64,000 bases of DNA from Bacteroidia bacterium (GTDB lineage: Bacteria; Bacteroidota; Bacteroidia; Bacteroidales; GWA2-32-17), in the NCBI GenBank assembly GCA_016218155.1, contig JACREQ010000105.1, forward strand, positions 129,294-193,293, given 5' to 3'. This document shows, in pieces, positions 1 to 9,542 of this stretch. The position numbers and the translations under genes are program-made. The notes under the pieces are model-generated. The model was not told the origin of the DNA and did no database searches. It worked only from the letters and a program-made list of their open reading frames with translations. Within the stretch, counting starts at the first letter, position 1. Every line of letters starts with the position of its first letter.

Positions 1-1259
1 ACTCCTGAAGTACTAAATGTTACTCCTGTTGGATTTTGAGCTGTAGAAGTTGCCGGAGTACCACCTGCAAATGTCCATGAATAGGTTGCTCCTGAAGATG
101 TACCAGTATTTGTAAAATTAAACGAGTTTCCACTTAAACATTGATTACTGTTATATGTAAATCCAGCTAAAGGATTAGAGAATGTTATCGTCATATTATC
201 AGTACATGTAACACTACTACTATTTGTACCTACCCATGTTAATGTATAAGTACCAGCTGCAGCAGCAGTAATTGTTGATGTAGCAGAATTTATATTACCA
301 AAAGTAATACCTGCAACAGGATTCCAATGATAAGCAGAATAACCTGCCTGACCTGCAGTTGCTGCAAGAGTTGCTGTTAATCCACAGACAGATTGATCAA
401 CTCCTGCATTTACAGAGCACGCATTACATGCTGCCGGTGCAGTGAAGTTAGAGGTCCAAGTACATGTAGGTGCAGCAGAAAATACCCCGGTTACAGAATA
501 TCCAGCACCATTAGCTGGAATACCCGCAATAGAAAAACAACTGGTTCCTACAAAAGGTGGTGTAAAAGTCTGAGTATACCCACCCGGATTAACAGTAACA
601 GTTAAATTACCTGTAGTGGGTGGATGATCTAAAGGTAAATTATTATAATCCACACATCCAGTTAAAGTAAATGTATTACCTGGAACACAAGCCCCAGGAA
701 ATGTAGTAATTCCAGTTATATTACAATAAACAACATTACAATTTGTTGAACCAGCTCCGGCACCACTGTTTGTTTGACTAAATACAACATTAGTTGTTGT
801 ATTGGCAAAGTTTGTGATAAGCATCATATAATACTGACCCGATATCGCATTAGATATATTACAATCTTCCTGTGCAGCAGTTGAATAACTACAATCAACT
901 GTATTTCCTGATGTTAAATTATTGCAAACATTTGTAAGTGAAGAAAAAGGTCCCCAACATGTAAAATCAATATCTGTACCTGCAGAAGAACTCATATGTA
1001 TATCAATATTACCAGATTGGTCAATTAATAAAAAATACCATACTGGACTTGGAGTAGTTAATAAACAAGTATAATTTGGACCGGCTTGAGCTTGTGGACC
1101 GCCTCCTGCACCAGAACCATCATAAGCTAATGGGAAATTATAAGTTGTTCCAGTACAAAATGGGTCTGCTGTAGCACAATTATTTGTATACTGTGAATGC
1201 GCAAAAAAAGTAGTTATTGATAAAAATATCAATAATAATAGCCTTTTCATAAGTTTCAT
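1..1259 (-). CDS. Secreted Cys/Gly/Thr-rich multidomain surface protein, N-terminal part (3' end lies left of the window); probable T9SS cargo/adhesin
   Basis: Absent from the ORF track because its stop is off-window. Manual reverse translation from ATG 1259 (alternative ATG 1250) gives MKLMKRLLLLIFLSITTFFAHSQYTNNCATADPFCTGTTYNFPLAYDGSGAGGGPQAQAGPNYTC..., a Sec signal peptide. I verified the frame codon by codon only for about 1081-1259; downstream to position 1 it was read by eye and looked stop-free. It lies directly downstream of the sigma/TM-protein pair. Confidence 0.6.
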   Translation of the reverse strand, partial: MKLMKRLLLLIFLSITTFFAHSQYTNNCATADPFCTGTTYNFPLAYDGSGAGGGPQAQAGPNYTCLLTTPSPVWYFLLIDQSGNIDIHMSSSAGTDIDFTCWGPFSSLTNVCNNLTSGNTVDCSYSTAAQEDCNISNAISGQYYMMLITNFANTTTNVVFSQTNSGAGAGSTNCNVVYCNITGITTFPGACVPGNTFTLTGCVDYNNLPLDHPPTTGNLTVTVNPGGYTQTFTPPFVGTSCFSIAGIPANGAGYSVTGVFSAAPTCTWTSNFTAPAACNACSVNAGVDQSVCGLTATLAATAGQAGYSAYHWNPVAGITFGNINSATSTITAAAAGTYTLTWVGTNSSSVTCTDNMTITFSNPLAGFTYNSNQCLSGNSFNFTNTGTSSGATYSWTFAGGTPATSTAQNPTGVTFSTSG

Positions 1260-1315
1260 ATTTTTTAGTAAAAATATTATAAAATCTTAATAATAAAAAT
1301 CTTTGTTAAAAACTT

Positions 1316-2548
1316 TTATTTTAACAGATTAATAATGCCATTTCTTTCGTCAACATTTCCATATTTATCTATAGATTTTAGTTTATATAGATAAACACCT
1401 ACCTCAGCCTGTTGACCATTATTTTTATTAATACCATCCCAATTTACATTATTTCCTTTAGCACTAAACACTAATTGACCTGTTTTACTAAATATCTCAA
1501 ATACAAAATAATATTCTTCAGAATTTTCTACAATTGGTCCAAATGTACTATTCTGCCCAGCTATATTTGGAGTAAAGGCATTTGGAATGTATAATGGATG
1601 GTTAATTTTAATATCAATATTTTTATTTATCGTATCCGAGCAACCTGATTTATTAGTTGCAATTAATTTAACAGAATACTTACCATTTTTAGTAAATGTT
1701 TTTTCTGTATTTTCTTCAAAAGATTCTGAATCATTAAAAACCCATTTAAAACTATTAGCGTTAACTGAAGCATTTGTAAAACTCACAACGGAATTATCTG
1801 TTTCTGTGGCAAATAATGCTGTAGGAGTATCGTTTACTTTGACCAAATACTGTCTCATGTTTGAAATAACTGCTTCGGATTTAAAATATTTAACAATTAA
1901 CAAAACAGAATAATTACCGGCTCTTTTATAGGTATGATTAGGCATTTTTTCAGTAGAAATATTACCATCTCCAAAATCCCAAGAATAAATAGTAGAATCT
2001 GAAATTTCAACAGGAACAAATTTTGTTGTAAACGGAACACAACCTTCTGTTTCTCTACAAATAAAGGTAGCATTTGGTTTTGCAGCTTTAGTCACATTAA
2101 CGGGATTAATAAAATCAGGATCTTTTGTACTATTTACATTTTCCTTTTGGTCCTCAACAACGTTTACTAAAATATCGTTATTTTTAACATTGTTATCAAT
2201 TACACTTACCACATTAGAAATTGGCGTATTTGTCTTATTTTCAACATTATTCACATTTGTTTTAATTTCATTTTCCAGTGTAAAAGAGTTTGGAATTACT
2301 GAATTTGTAATAGTATTAATTATACTACAATTACCTGATTTATCGTTTGAATTAAAATACCAAAATAAACCAACAACTGTAACAATAGCAACTGTTAACG
2401 CTGCAGCAATACCATAAAATGAGCTCTTACCAGGAATTTGTTTCTTAAACTTTTTCCAGGAAGCAGCATCATAACTATACTCGAACGACTCAAGCTTCTG
2501 CCCAACTATTCGTTCAAATTCACCCTTGTTATTCATATTCAAATTCAT
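1316..2548 (-). CDS. Membrane-anchored protein with two PKD-like domains and a T9SS type B (gliding-motility-associated) C-terminal sorting domain; candidate anti-sigma factor
   Basis: 410-aa ORF. About 45 aa precede a single TM segment (FYGIAAALTVAIVTVVGLFWYF), followed by an N-rich linker. PKD-like motifs are present (YSWDFGDGN...HTYKRAGNYSV; FKWVFNDSE...KNGKYSVKLIATNKSGC). The C-terminus YIPNAFTPN...FEIFSKTGQLVF...WDG...GVYLYKL...GIINLLK matches the type B sorting domain pattern. The 5' end overlaps the sigma gene stop by 8-20 nt. Confidence 0.85.
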   Translation of the reverse strand: MNLNMNNKGEFERIVGQKLESFEYSYDAASWKKFKKQIPGKSSFYGIAAALTVAIVTVVGLFWYFNSNDKSGNCSIINTITNSVIPNSFTLENEIKTNVNNVENKTNTPISNVVSVIDNNVKNNDILVNVVEDQKENVNSTKDPDFINPVNVTKAAKPNATFICRETEGCVPFTTKFVPVEISDSTIYSWDFGDGNISTEKMPNHTYKRAGNYSVLLIVKYFKSEAVISNMRQYLVKVNDTPTALFATETDNSVVSFTNASVNANSFKWVFNDSESFEENTEKTFTKNGKYSVKLIATNKSGCSDTINKNIDIKINHPLYIPNAFTPNIAGQNSTFGPIVENSEEYYFVFEIFSKTGQLVFSAKGNNVNWDGINKNNGQQAEVGVYLYKLKSIDKYGNVDERNGIINLLK

Positions 2549-3113
2549 TCCTATGTTGTTCTACCAATTCTTTTAATTTAATCTTAGCCTTTGCTAAGTT
2601 TGATTTTGAAGTTCCTATACTAATATTCAATGTTTCTGCAATTTCTTTATGCTGCATATTTTCAACAGCAAATAAGTTAAAAACCATTCTATATGCCGGA
2701 GAAAGTTTTTGCATTAATCCTATTAATGTTTCTGCTTTCATTCTTTGAATTTTTTCCATTTCTTCAGTCTTTTCAGAATCATCAACAATATCATCTATCA
2801 AGAACTCTTGCTCCTCTTTAATGTAAAAATCTTTTCGTGTTCTAACAGAATCAATTGCACTATTTACAATAATTCTCCTTACCCAACCTTCAAAAGAACC
2901 TTTATTTTCAAAACTCTTAAGTTTTATAAAAACTTTTATTAAACCATCATGCAAAACATCTTGTGCCTCTTCTTTATTTCTTGAATATCGCATACAAACT
3001 GCAAGCATTTTTCCATAGAACGTTTTATATAACAACTCCTGACTCTTGCGATTACCTTTAATACAGGAATCAACTAAATCTTTAACAACTTCTTTATTTG
3101 TTAAATCAATCAT
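2529..3113 (-). CDS. ECF-type RNA polymerase sigma-70 family factor
   Basis: 194 aa with region 2 (AQDVLHDGLIKVFIKL...FEGWVRRIIVNSAID) and region 4 HTH (MQHKEIAETLNISIGTSKSNLAKAKIKLKE) motifs. Confidence 0.9.
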   Translation of the reverse strand: MIDLTNKEVVKDLVDSCIKGNRKSQELLYKTFYGKMLAVCMRYSRNKEEAQDVLHDGLIKVFIKLKSFENKGSFEGWVRRIIVNSAIDSVRTRKDFYIKEEQEFLIDDIVDDSEKTEEMEKIQRMKAETLIGLMQKLSPAYRMVFNLFAVENMQHKEIAETLNISIGTSKSNLAKAKIKLKELVEQHRNEFEYE

Positions 3114-3209
3114 TTGCTGTTAAACATTAATAAGACGTTAGCTTTTTTTGTGGGTTGCCTATAATTTATCACACAATAAATCTTTTTGACGAAAAACTGT
3201 TTCTTCAAA

Positions 3210-3374
3210 TTAATCATCTGTTTCTTCAAATTCTTCAATACCTACGCTACAAACAGGACATTGCCAGTTTTTAGATAAATCTTTAAAAAGTGTTCCTTCA
3301 ATTATTCCAGAAATAGGATCACCCTCATTTTCGTCATAAATATACCCACAAACTTTGCATTTATATTTTTTCAT
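3210..3374 (-). CDS. Rubredoxin (54 aa)
   Basis: Below the ORF-track size cutoff. Codon-by-codon reverse translation gives MKKYKCKVCGYIYDENEGDPISGIIEGTLFKDLSKNWQCPVCSVGIEEFEETDD, with the two CxxC/CPxC iron-binding knuckles and the GDP and W-CP hallmarks. Confidence 0.85.
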   Translation of the reverse strand: MKKYKCKVCGYIYDENEGDPISGIIEGTLFKDLSKNWQCPVCSVGIEEFEETDD

Positions 3375-3470
3375 AATTAATTAAAAATCTTACCCACTAA
3401 TACTTAAAATTACAATCAGAAAAGTAATTATTTTTTTTGATTTAAATTAATCCCAGCAAATTTAAAAATA

Positions 3471-3506
3471 AAAAAAGGGACCTGATTTTTGGTCCCTTTT
3501 GTTTTT
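3471..3506. terminator. Bidirectional rho-independent terminator
   Basis: GGGACC (3477-3482), 8-nt loop, GGTCCC (3491-3496), flanked by an A-run on the left and a T-run on the right. Confidence 0.6.
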
Positions 3507-3684
3507 ACATTGATTGCACCATCTTAATGATGCGATTTACGAGATAATCCGGAGGTTCTACAGAAACTCTGTCAAGGATTTCATTTATACTTTCAGAATT
3601 ATCATTTATGTTAGTTACATCGTTGATTAATTTTGCTGAAGAAGTATTCTCGTAAGTAATTAATAGAGTAGAAACTTTTCCCAT
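3505..3684 (-). CDS. Hypothetical small protein (59 aa)
   Basis: ATG-to-TAA ORF MGKVSTLLITYENTSSAKLINDVTNINDNSESINEILDRVSVEPPDYLVNRIIKMVQSM. It lies downstream of the sigma gene and ends at the terminator. No recognisable motif and no TM segment. Confidence 0.3.
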   Translation of the reverse strand: MGKVSTLLITYENTSSAKLINDVTNINDNSESINEILDRVSVEPPDYLVNRIIKMVQSM

Positions 3685-3790
3685 AGGCTATTTTAAAATT
3701 TATTGTTTGATTCATAATGACCATAAAACGCAATAGTTTTTATAATATTATGTAATATTAAAAATATTTTACAATTTTATTTAAGAACAT

Positions 3791-3832
3791 ATTGAGAATT
3801 ATCTGGTTTACACAAACCAAATAAATCTCAAT
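3791..3832 (-). terminator. Nested imperfect hairpin just downstream of the sigma gene stop
   Basis: ATTGAGA...TGGTTT-ACAC-AAACCA...TCTCAAT. The trailing U-tract is weak, so it may be an attenuator or stabiliser rather than a full terminator. Confidence 0.35.
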
Positions 3833-3841
3833 AGATTTATA

Positions 3842-4438
3842 TTATTCTATAACCAAATTCATTTGTTTTTCATCAATAATTCTGCGCATATTAATTAAAG
3901 CATAACGCATTCTACCTAAAGCTGTATTTATACTTACCCCTGTCTCTTCTGCAATTTCTTTAAAACTCATATCCATAAAATGTCGCATAATAACAACTTG
4001 CTTCTGAACATCAGGAAGTTCTTCAACTAATCTGCGTACGTCATGTTCTACCTCATTTTTCACAACTACTTGCTCAGAAAATGATTCGGAATACTTTCTC
4101 TGATTAAAAATATCGTATTCATAATCATCTCGTGAAACAGTTTTAAGTCTTTTATCTTTTCTCACATTATCTATAATAAGATTATGAGCAATTCTCATAA
4201 CCCAACCAAGAAAACGTCCATCATCGGTATACTTGCCTTCTCTTAAAGATTTAAAAACTTTCAAAAAAGTTTCCTGAAACAGATCTTCTGCCTGCTCCTT
4301 GTTTCTTACTATTATTAAAATGTAGGTAAAAACTTTGCGTTTATGACGCTTAATTAGCTGTTCTACAGCCTGCTGATTTCCTGCAATAAACTGATTAACA
4401 AGTTCGTTGTCAGAGATTTCTGGTAGCTTCATTTCCAC
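3842..4438 (-). CDS. RNA polymerase sigma-70 family (ECF-like) factor
   Basis: 198 aa; region 2 (AEDLFQETFLKVFKSL...FLGWVMRIAHNLIID) and region 4 (MSFKEIAEETGVSINTALGRMRYALINMR). Confidence 0.9.
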   Translation of the reverse strand: MEMKLPEISDNELVNQFIAGNQQAVEQLIKRHKRKVFTYILIIVRNKEQAEDLFQETFLKVFKSLREGKYTDDGRFLGWVMRIAHNLIIDNVRKDKRLKTVSRDDYEYDIFNQRKYSESFSEQVVVKNEVEHDVRRLVEELPDVQKQVVIMRHFMDMSFKEIAEETGVSINTALGRMRYALINMRRIIDEKQMNLVIE

Positions 4439-4605
4439 TCGAATTAATTGGTTAAGTGGTAGAAGTAAAATCTATATGCAGCCCTCCTTTAGTTTAGTTT
4501 ATAAATTACAGTCACAAATATATTAATTTTCTACGGAAATAATTTAAGAAAGATTGGTTTTTCTTAAAATTATTTAAAATTAACTTTTCATTTTTAACAA
4601 CAATT

Positions 4606-7401
4606 ATGCCTAAGAATAAAATATCTGACGAAAAGTTTATTGAAATAATAAAAGCACGTGAGCACAACTTAAAGAATATAAGCACTAACATTCCTAGAGA
4701 TAAATTTGTAGTTATTACAGGATTATCTGGTTCCGGAAAATCTTCTTTAGCTTTTGACACCTTATACGCAGAAGGGCAACGACGATATGTTGAAAGCCTT
4801 TCATCATATGCGCGACAATTTCTTGGAAAAATTTCAAAACCTGACGTAGATAATATTAATGGAATTCCTCCGGCTATTGCAATAGAGCAAAAAGTAAATA
4901 CACATAATCCACGATCTACAGTAGGAACTTCTACAGAAATATACGAATACATTAAACTTTTTTTTGCAAGAATAGGAAAAACTTACTCACCCATATCAGG
5001 AAAAATTGTAAAGAAACATGCCACTGCTGATGTTATCGATTTTCTGACTTCTCAAAAAACCGGAACTAAAGCAATGCTGTTAATTCCTTCTTTTAACAAA
5101 GCAACTTTTAAACCCAAAGAATACCTGGGCACTCTTCTTCAACAAGGATACTCGAGAGTTGAAATAAAAAACAAGATTGAAAAAATTGAAAATATAATTG
5201 ACTTAAAAGATCTTAGTTTCGAAAAATTTAAACTTGTAATTGACCGTTTTGAAATTAACAACGAAGAAGAATTAATTAATAGAATAGCTGATTCTGTTGA
5301 GACTGCCTTTTTTGAAGGCAACGGAACCTGTATAATTAAATTAGACGAAAATTCAAAAGAATATCAATTTTCAAATAAATTTGAATCGGATGGAATGCTT
5401 TTCGAAGAACCTTCTGTTCACATGTTCAGCTTTAATAGTCCCGCCGGTGCATGTCCAACTTGCGATGGGTTTGGTCAGACAATTGGGATTGATGAAGATT
5501 TGGTTATTCCTAACAAATCACTCTCAATTTATGAAGATGCTGTTTTCTGCTGGAAAGGTGAAGTAATGAGCGAATGGAAAAATAAATTAATTTATAGTGC
5601 AGATAAATTCGGATTCCCAATTCACAAACCATTTTACGAATTAACCACCGACCAACAGAAACTACTATGGGAAGGAAATAAATACTTTAATGGCATTAAT
5701 GATTTCTTTAAATTCTTAGAAGAAAATCTATATAAAATTCAATATAGGGTAATGCTTGCCAGATACAGGGGAAAAACTCTTTGTCCTGACTGCAAAGGCT
5801 CGCGCTTGAAAAAAGAAGCTTCATATGTTAAAATTAATGGAAAAGCAATTTCTGAGATATCTGTAATGACAGTTACCCAACTAAGCCAGTTTTTTCAAAA
5901 CATAAAACTTTCAGAAGAAGAAAATAAAATTGCGAGCAGATTGTTATTAGAAGTTCAATCAAGACTTAATTATTTAGAAAATGTTGGTCTTGGATATTTA
6001 ACATTAAACAGAAACTCAGCTTCCCTTTCTGGTGGAGAATCGCAAAGAATAAATCTATCAACTTCTCTTGGCAGCAGTTTAATTGGTTCTTTATATATTC
6101 TTGATGAGCCAAGTATAGGACTGCATCCCTTAGATAATTTAAAGTTGATTTCAGTTTTAAAAAATCTTAGAGATATTGGCAACACTGTTGTGGTTGTTGA
6201 ACATGATGAAGAAGTAATGAAATCTGCAGACTATATTATTGACATGGGACCAGGCGCAGGATCTCTTGGGGGTGAAATAGTTTTTGAAGGCAATTATGAA
6301 GAGTTGCTTAAAAGCAAAGAAAGCCTAACTGCAGATTATATAACAAATAGAAAAAGTATTTCTGTTCCAAGAATAAGAAAAAAATGGAATAACTTTATTG
6401 AGATAAATGGAGCACGTGAAAACAACTTGAAAAATATTAATGTAAAATTCCCATTAAATAACTTTACAGTCATTACAGGCGTAAGCGGATCAGGAAAATC
6501 AACATTAGTAAAGAAAATTCTTTTCCCAGCTCTTAAAAAATACTATGGAAACGGACTTACAGAAAAAACAGGTTCTTTTGATAGTTTAAAAGGTGATCTG
6601 AATTTAATAAAAGATATTGAACTTATTGATCAGAATCCTATCGGAAAATCATCTAGATCAAATCCTGTAACATATATCAAAGCATACGACGAAATAAGAA
6701 GTCTTTTTTCTAATCAGCAATTATCAAAATTAAACGGCTTTAAACCTTCGCATTTCTCATTTAATGTTGATGGTGGCAGATGCGACGAATGTCAAGGTGA
6801 AGGCTCAATAAAAGTAGAGATGCAGTTTATGGCAGACGTTAATCTAGTTTGCGAAAGTTGCGGAGGAAAAAGATTTAAACCAGAAATTCTGGAGGTTGAA
6901 TATAACGGGAAAAACATTCATGATATTTTAGACTTAACAGTTGATGACGCGATTGAATTCTTTAATAAAAAGAAAGGTCTTACTGAATCAAAAATATCTG
7001 AAAAACTTGAAGTTTTAAAAAATGTTGGGCTTGGATACGTTAAACTTGGACAATCATCGAGTACATTAAGTGGTGGTGAATCGCAAAGATTAAAGCTTGC
7101 AACTTTTTTAGGAAAATCAACATCTGCTCAAACCCTTTTTGTTTTTGATGAGCCAACAACAGGATTACATTTTCATGATATTAAAAAGCTGCTGGCTTCA
7201 TTTGAAACACTCATTCAACAAGGAAACAGTGTTATAGTAATTGAACATAATTTAGATGTAATTAAGTGTGCCGACTGGATTATTGACTTAGGACCGGGAG
7301 GTGGTAACAGCGGTGGTGAAATTGTATTTTGCGGAACACCTGAAGATTTGGTTAGAAACAAAAAATCGTATACCGGACAATATTTAAAAGAAAAACTTTA
7401 G
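4606..7401 (+). CDS. uvrA: Excinuclease ABC subunit A
   Basis: 931 aa with two ABC ATPase modules (GLSGSGKSSLAFDTLYAEGQRRYVESLSSYARQFLG; GVSGSGKSTL), zinc-finger Cys clusters and two LSGGE signatures. Confidence 0.97.
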   Translation: MPKNKISDEKFIEIIKAREHNLKNISTNIPRDKFVVITGLSGSGKSSLAFDTLYAEGQRRYVESLSSYARQFLGKISKPDVDNINGIPPAIAIEQKVNTHNPRSTVGTSTEIYEYIKLFFARIGKTYSPISGKIVKKHATADVIDFLTSQKTGTKAMLLIPSFNKATFKPKEYLGTLLQQGYSRVEIKNKIEKIENIIDLKDLSFEKFKLVIDRFEINNEEELINRIADSVETAFFEGNGTCIIKLDENSKEYQFSNKFESDGMLFEEPSVHMFSFNSPAGACPTCDGFGQTIGIDEDLVIPNKSLSIYEDAVFCWKGEVMSEWKNKLIYSADKFGFPIHKPFYELTTDQQKLLWEGNKYFNGINDFFKFLEENLYKIQYRVMLARYRGKTLCPDCKGSRLKKEASYVKINGKAISEISVMTVTQLSQFFQNIKLSEEENKIASRLLLEVQSRLNYLENVGLGYLTLNRNSASLSGGESQRINLSTSLGSSLIGSLYILDEPSIGLHPLDNLKLISVLKNLRDIGNTVVVVEHDEEVMKSADYIIDMGPGAGSLGGEIVFEGNYEELLKSKESLTADYITNRKSISVPRIRKKWNNFIEINGARENNLKNINVKFPLNNFTVITGVSGSGKSTLVKKILFPALKKYYGNGLTEKTGSFDSLKGDLNLIKDIELIDQNPIGKSSRSNPVTYIKAYDEIRSLFSNQQLSKLNGFKPSHFSFNVDGGRCDECQGEGSIKVEMQFMADVNLVCESCGGKRFKPEILEVEYNGKNIHDILDLTVDDAIEFFNKKKGLTESKISEKLEVLKNVGLGYVKLGQSSSTLSGGESQRLKLATFLGKSTSAQTLFVFDEPTTGLHFHDIKKLLASFETLIQQGNSVIVIEHNLDVIKCADWIIDLGPGGGNSGGEIVFCGTPEDLVRNKKSYTGQYLKEKL

Positions 7402-7420
7402 TAATTATTCGTCAATATTC

Positions 7421-7494
7421 GATCGGAGTTATAAACTCCGATCAGTAGTTCAAGAAAATAAAAAAAGCCGTTGCATTGCAACGGCTTTTCTTTA
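7421..7494. terminator. Tandem hairpins between convergent genes (bidirectional terminator)
   Basis: GATCGGAGT-TATAA-ACTCCGATC (7421-7443), then A-run + GCCGTTGC-ATT-GCAACGGC (7467-7485) + T-run. Confidence 0.7.
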
Positions 7495-7507
7495 ATACTT
7501 TATATTA

Positions 7508-7978
7508 TTAGTCTTGTTTAAAAGAGTTTTCGATATTCATAAAACCAACTAGAACAGATACACAACCACTTAAAATCTGGTCGGAAAGTTCGTCAGAGGT
7601 TTGAACCTGAATAGAAATAATCAACTGTTTACTTGATTCTAATTTAAAATCGAAGCTTTTTGAAAATTGATGTTTTTTATTATCGTACAAAACATTTCTT
7701 TCAGCATCTAATACCTGAAATTGAATTGGAGGTAAGTTTTCATCACCACAAATTGTGATTCTGTATTCTTGTCCGGAATAGAATGTTTTATATAATTCAG
7801 CGGTTTCGCCTTCTGATAATACAGTTGCATTATAAATTCCATCATGTACATAAGGCAAAAGTTCAAGTTTGCAAATTTTCTTTGCAAAATTTTTGCATTG
7901 TGCGTCAGCTACATTTGGAAGCGCCGCAATCATTAGTGCAACAATAGATAAAATTAAAATTTTTCTCATGGCTTCCAA
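7508..7978 (-). CDS. Hypothetical secreted protein
   Basis: 156 aa with a signal peptide (ILILSIVALMIAALPNVADAQ). It abuts the upstream gene with zero intergenic spacing. Confidence 0.7.
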   Translation of the reverse strand: MEAMRKILILSIVALMIAALPNVADAQCKNFAKKICKLELLPYVHDGIYNATVLSEGETAELYKTFYSGQEYRITICGDENLPPIQFQVLDAERNVLYDNKKHQFSKSFDFKLESSKQLIISIQVQTSDELSDQILSGCVSVLVGFMNIENSFKQD

Positions 7979-8884
7979 TTATTTTATAATGTTTGACCTA
8001 ATCTCTGTCACTGTTTTACAAATTTCAGCAAAAACTTCAGGAGAAACTTTTACTTCTGATTTTGAAGATATAATTGATTTTCCATCTTTTTCTACAACTT
8101 CCATTTTAGAAGAAGAAGTTTGAATTTTGTCAAAAATAGTTTTTAGCTTTTCCATTTCAGGAAGTACAGCCTGTATATTAGGATCAGTGTTATATTCACT
8201 CATTAAACTGATTAATGTATTTAATGATAAGCGCTGGTCAGCAATACGCTCAATAAGTTCTTTATTTGAAGCAGTGTTCTGAGCAACTTTACAACCAACA
8301 TAAAGTCCTTCTAACCATCCACCTGCTAAAATAATAGCAGCAATTTCTGCACGGTCATTTTCTTTTAAGAAAGAATTCGAATTCATAAATGTTTCCGAAA
8401 TAATTTCCATTAAAGAGTCGCGATTATTTATATTGGTTTCCATACGGGTAATAATGCTTTTATCAATCGCATTTAAAATACCTAAATCATCAGCTAATTT
8501 TTTTGTTGCTGATAAGTATTTAATTGAAGCCTGTGATTGATCAAACATACTAGCAAAACTTAAATCGGTGCTATATACACCCAAATTTAATGCCATGCTC
8601 TTGGTAGTAGTATAATTGCCTAAATTGGTTATCGGATTTAAATAATCCTGATTATACTTTGCACCTGCTCTTTTCATTAACATTGCAGTTTCTATTGGCG
8701 ACGGTATGCCATAGATAACTTGTTTTGCTTTGTTAAATTCATCTGCATTGTTACCAGTTGCAACTGAATCTTCAATTTGGTCTTCAACATTCGCGTTATC
8801 GCCATTACATCCAACCATCATGATTGCTGCTGCGAATACGGAAAAAATTGTTAATTTGCTAATGTTTAATAATTTAACGTTCAT
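7979..8884 (-). CDS. Hypothetical lipoprotein
   Basis: The track ORF begins at a TTG (8911). An in-frame ATG at 8884 gives MNVKLLNISKLTIFSVFAAAIMMVGC, a lipobox-type signal. The remainder is predicted to be largely helical. Confidence 0.7.
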   Translation of the reverse strand: MNVKLLNISKLTIFSVFAAAIMMVGCNGDNANVEDQIEDSVATGNNADEFNKAKQVIYGIPSPIETAMLMKRAGAKYNQDYLNPITNLGNYTTTKSMALNLGVYSTDLSFASMFDQSQASIKYLSATKKLADDLGILNAIDKSIITRMETNINNRDSLMEIISETFMNSNSFLKENDRAEIAAIILAGGWLEGLYVGCKVAQNTASNKELIERIADQRLSLNTLISLMSEYNTDPNIQAVLPEMEKLKTIFDKIQTSSSKMEVVEKDGKSIISSKSEVKVSPEVFAEICKTVTEIRSNIIK

Positions 8885-9044
8885 ACAGGTTCCTGTTTGT
8901 TTTATGTACAATATTAAGGATTATCGCAAAAATAACAAATTTTTTAGAAAAAATAATTTTAGAAATAAAATATCATCTATAAATTCACATAATTAATATT
9001 TTAAATTACTTTTGATTTCTAAATTAATTATTACACTAAGTGTT

Positions 9045-9542
9045 ATGAATCACAAGATTAACTTACAAAGAAAATTATTTTCTACAAATGAAAAAGAAGT
9101 TATTGAAGTATTAAAAAATATTTCTGAAAAAGGTTATCCCGAAATTGTTACAGATTTAATTGGCTTGTATTCTTCTACAACATTTGAAAGTGTAAAAAGT
9201 AAGATCTATTATATTCTTTCTAATTTAAAAGACAAAAACTCTGTTAGTTATTTTATGGATGGTCTTAAATTACAAACTGATTCAGAAATCAGAAATCAAT
9301 TAATATCAGCATGCTGGCAAAACGGTCTGGATTTTTCTGAACACCTCGAATATTTTATTGAAGTAATTTCAAAAGAAAATATGTTTAATTCAATTGAAGC
9401 CTTCTCTGTTATTGAAAGTAATTATACAAGTCTTGAAGAAAACAAACTTGCTGAATTAAGAAATCACTTGAAAGAAATAATAAAAACAACTTCTGAAGAA
9501 AATATGAAATTGCTCATTGAAGTTGAAAGTCTTATTTCTTAA
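9045..9542 (+). CDS. Hypothetical protein (helical repeat-like)
   Basis: The track ORF starts at TTG 9012; the first ATG is 9045 (MNHKINLQRK...). Its 3' end overlaps convergent yggS by 11 nt. Confidence 0.6.
   Translation: MNHKINLQRKLFSTNEKEVIEVLKNISEKGYPEIVTDLIGLYSSTTFESVKSKIYYILSNLKDKNSVSYFMDGLKLQTDSEIRNQLISACWQNGLDFSEHLEYFIEVISKENMFNSIEAFSVIESNYTSLEENKLAELRNHLKEIIKTTSEENMKLLIEVESLIS

Noticed and set aside
4512-4952. 146-aa minus-strand ORF spanning the uvrA start region.
   Set aside because: It is antisense to the strongly conserved UvrA N-terminus (Walker A region) and has no recognisable motifs. It is an antisense artefact.
7421-7443. The hairpin core CGGAGT...ACTCCG is shared with the rpoB-rpoC spacer hairpin (52306-52328), suggesting a repeat family.
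   Set aside because: There are only two instances, sharing a 6-bp core with different flanks and loops. That is insufficient to call a family without a genome-wide count.
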